IMG/VR virus record: IMGVR_UViG_3300009155_000255
Location: 1-24,258 of that record
From: a virus
Lineage: Duplodnaviria; Caudoviricetes
Direction: 5' to 3' (one strand)
DNA length: 24,258 nucleotides
In this document: positions 24,232-24,258 of the stretch, one piece after another
Layout: each line of letters begins with the position of its first letter
Position numbering within the stretch: position 1 is the stretch's first letter
Program-made: the position numbers and the translations under genes
Notes under the pieces: model-generated
What the model saw: the letters and a program-made list of their open reading frames with translations, nothing else
Databases searched by the model: none
Told to the model about the DNA's origin: nothing

Positions 24232-24258
24232 TTAAATATAAAAATATAAAAAAATATA

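Larger units (their letters stand above)
1..24258 (-). mobile_element. Late region of a tailed siphovirus-like phage or prophage, probable Bacteroidota host
   Basis: Co-oriented, tightly overlapping genes in canonical order: terminase, portal, protease, capsid, neck, tail tube, chaperones, tape measure, tail tip, lysis. No sheath gene. No integrase or host genes in the window, so free phage and prophage cannot be distinguished. Confidence 0.95.

Noticed and set aside
1-24258. CRISPR array, tRNA, diversity-generating retroelement, intron/intein, stop-codon reassignment
   Set aside because: I saw no repeat-spacer array, tRNA fold, reverse transcriptase or template/variable repeat pair. Core genes are of normal length and read intact with the standard code.

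Overview
The window is the late (morphogenesis and lysis) region of a tailed siphovirus-type phage or prophage, with all genes on the minus strand. The host is probably in Bacteroidota, judging by TAnnTTTG promoter elements, no obvious Shine-Dalgarno sites and signal peptides cleaving before Gln. Read right to left, it contains: a DnaA-domain-IV-like HTH protein, a small HAD protein, a ParB-DNA methyltransferase fusion, TerS/TerL, portal, a Mu gpF-like protein, an HK97-type protease and capsid, four glycosyltransferases (GT25, GT-A-like, GT11, GT4), neck and tail genes with a clear -1 frameshift chaperone, tape measure, tail-tip proteins, a second tail-tube-like protein, two fibre/lectin-like proteins, holin-like genes, a u-spanin and a metallophosphoesterase. 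The most striking observation is that both fibre/lectin-like proteins carry Sec signal peptides. The larger one has 11 canonical Bacteroidota O-glycosylation sequons among 17 Asp residues (capsid: 0 of 20). This suggests the phage exports adhesin-like late proteins to the periplasm for glycosylation, possibly linked to its own glycosyltransferase cassette. Three late operons share a promoter motif, AGTTGACA-N29/30-YAATTTTG-N4/5-ATG. A candidate ~55-nt plus-strand small RNA lies between the glycosyltransferase cassette and the neck genes. All family calls come from recognising motifs by eye, not from database searches.
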